Source of the DNA: Malacoraja senta
Taxonomy: Eukaryota
Direction: 5' to 3'
Assembly (NCBI GenBank): GCA_038087875.1
Contig: CM075998.1
Coordinates: 4,466,001 to 4,530,000, forward strand
Length of the DNA: 64,000 nt
Every line of letters begins with the position of its first letter. The first letter of the stretch is position 1. The notes under the pieces were generated by a model that was given only the letters and a program-made list of their open reading frames with translations, did no database searches and was not told the DNA's origin. This document shows, one piece after another, positions 62,083 through 64,000 of this stretch. Made by a program: the position numbers and the translations under genes.

Positions 62083-63631
62083 TAGCGATGTTACAAAACT
62101 TACCTTCAGCGGCGCTGCAGTTCTGCCACTGACCGTGTGCGTGACTTTGGCGCCTTTGAGGGGGGGGGCGGGATTAAAATCCAGTTTTCTACTGCCTGTC
62201 CAAGGCGGATTTCCTCGGGCTGCTAGCTGCTGCAGAAAAATTGTTCCGACTTCCAATCCCGATTTTTCTTTTTTTTAATCGTGAGACAATTTCATAATTA
62301 TATTAAAATAAAAACTGACTTCTAACGCCGTCAACGCCTACAACGTGACGGATCTCAAGTATGGGACAAAACACGGTGTAAGTTGTTTATTTTACATATA
62401 AACGTACTTCTTGGGATGACTTTAATCAATCCTCTATAAGCGAAAATGTGATTTGGGCCCCATACGAACCGGCAGTGTTTTTACTGCCGATATGGGATTC
62501 AAATTCACCGCAAATGCAACGTTCCAATCGATTGCGTTCCAGAAGCAAGATGATTAAAATGCCCTTTTTTGGGGGGAGATAAGCCGTCTAAATTGTCTAT
62601 ATTTTGTGTTATTCTCTCTCTCCATGATCATTATTTTTAAACTAAATATTCACAACAGTTTGAGTCACATGTATTGTGCAAAAAAGAATAATTTGATTAT
62701 ATTTTGGGTGGATGTTTCCAGATTGATTTATGGGAATTAAATATTAAATTCCTTCTATCTAGGATATAAATTCATGACAGTGAGATTTAAAAATCATGTT
62801 ATATTGTGAATTCTTGTGTGAATGGGATTAGTTTGTTATTTGGATACTTAGGCTATTTAACAAAATTATCCTTTTCTTAAGAAATGGAATCTACAGGACA
62901 TTGTTAATGGGAAAATAGTGGGCAGAAAGGCATGTCATGTGTGGTTTGAAGAGCAAAAACTTGTAGTTTACAATGCCAAAATTGAAAAGTTGAGGAAAAA
63001 CAAGGTGTACAGAGTTGCTTATTGGTTACAATCTGAGGAGTATGATGATGCTACTGATTATGATATGCCAATGTACCAGCTAGCAACTGATCTTCTCCAT
63101 AAAGACTTGGTCTATTGCTAGAAATTGTAATTTATTTACCTATCTGTTACGGATTTACAGCATATAATACAATAATATTAAAGTTCTTATCTTGAGAATA
63201 TCACATTTTTGAATTTTCAAGGCAGTCTGGGTGTTTATTACTATTTCCGTCACAACGGTCAATTTTGTAATTAACTACAATTAGGTAATTAACTAATTTT
63301 ATGCTTTAATTTCAGGTCATCCAAGTAAGATGTTTTATATTTGTTTCAGAATGCTTCAATCTATAATAACTGAACATTTCTTTCAGTTCTCTTGATTTTT
63401 AAGAAAGTTATGGGCTTTTGACTGTCCTCGATCACAGCTTTTGTGTTAAGTCAATGGAAAAGCAATAGGGAACAAGATGCTAATTTCCGAGTATGCAAAT
63501 GGCCATAACTGTTTTAATACTGAAGATATGAAAGTGAATTAGGTGTCAAATTAAACTTCTTTTTATGCTTTATCTGATGGGATAAATTGCAGACTTGATT
63601 TTTTAAATCTCAAAATGTTGTAACATTGCTA
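62083..63631. mobile_element. 1.55-kb non-autonomous TIR DNA transposon (hAT-like TAG..CTA termini)
   Basis: TIR TAGCGATGTTACAA / TTGTAACATTGCTA. GGTTGAG duplicated at 62076-62082 and 63632-63638 inside a CR1 3'UTR. Confidence 0.85.
62879..63121 (+). pseudogene. Coding remnant inside the DNA transposon, Tudor/Spindlin-like C-terminal domain
   Basis: Open frame KKWNLQDIVNGKIVGRKACHVWFEEQKLVVYNAKIEKLRKNKVYRVAYW..YQLATDLLHKDLVYC* in otherwise AT-rich, stop-rich DNA. The pattern VG++x.H.W...Y.V.Y resembles Spin/Ssty repeats (by eye only). Confidence 0.5.
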
Positions 63632-64000
63632 GGTTGAGAGGGAAAAGTAGATCAGCCATGATTGAATGGTCGAGTGGACTCGATGGGCCGAATGTCCTAA
63701 TTCTGCTCCTATGTCTAATGGTCTTCTGCATGCCATGGGGAGGTAGGTTGACTTATTGAGTAGAGGTGATCATTGCCTGGCATTTGCATGACGTAAATGA
63801 TTTTTGCTACTGATCAGCCCATGCGTGCATTTTCGGATTTGCTGCATGTGATAGGGCCTGATCCATTTTCTGAGGAATATTGAGTAGATTTGAACATTGT
63901 GCAATCAAGAGCAAACATCCCCATGTCTGACCTTGATGAGACAACTGAAGATGGTTGGACCTCTGACATTGCCTTGAGGAACTCCTGGAGTGCTATCCTG

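Larger units (their letters stand above)
61595..63722 (+). mobile_element. CR1 3' fragment interrupted by two insertions (61640-61863 and 62083-63631)
   Basis: The CR1 consensus resumes after each insertion. Confidence 0.8.

Overview
This is eukaryotic, repeat-dominated genomic DNA. The HE1-type SINEs, HER1/CR1 LINEs and Penelope-derived repeats point to a cartilaginous fish, most likely a skate/ray (inference from repeat families, no database search). No host protein-coding gene could be identified, so the window is probably intronic or intergenic; two weak minus-strand exon candidates are noted. The only long ORF (1401-3959, minus) is the RT-to-CCHC part of a very young, 5'-truncated L1 with a poly(A) tail and a perfect 17-bp TSD. 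Other content: about 20 CR1 3' fragments and about 13 HE1 SINEs; Rex1/Babar, Vingi-like and RTE remnants; 11 PIF/Harbinger-type MITEs with TWA TSDs; two hAT-like elements; and a Helitron-like element with a 22-bp minisatellite. Many short Penelope-derived fold-back elements carry minimal hammerhead-ribozyme cores. The most unusual structures are: Harbinger MITEs carrying a hammerhead-bearing Penelope hairpin as shared cargo; a 1.55-kb TIR element with a 7-bp TSD and a Tudor/Spindlin-like ORF fragment; and very long (68 and ~104 bp) target-site-like duplications.
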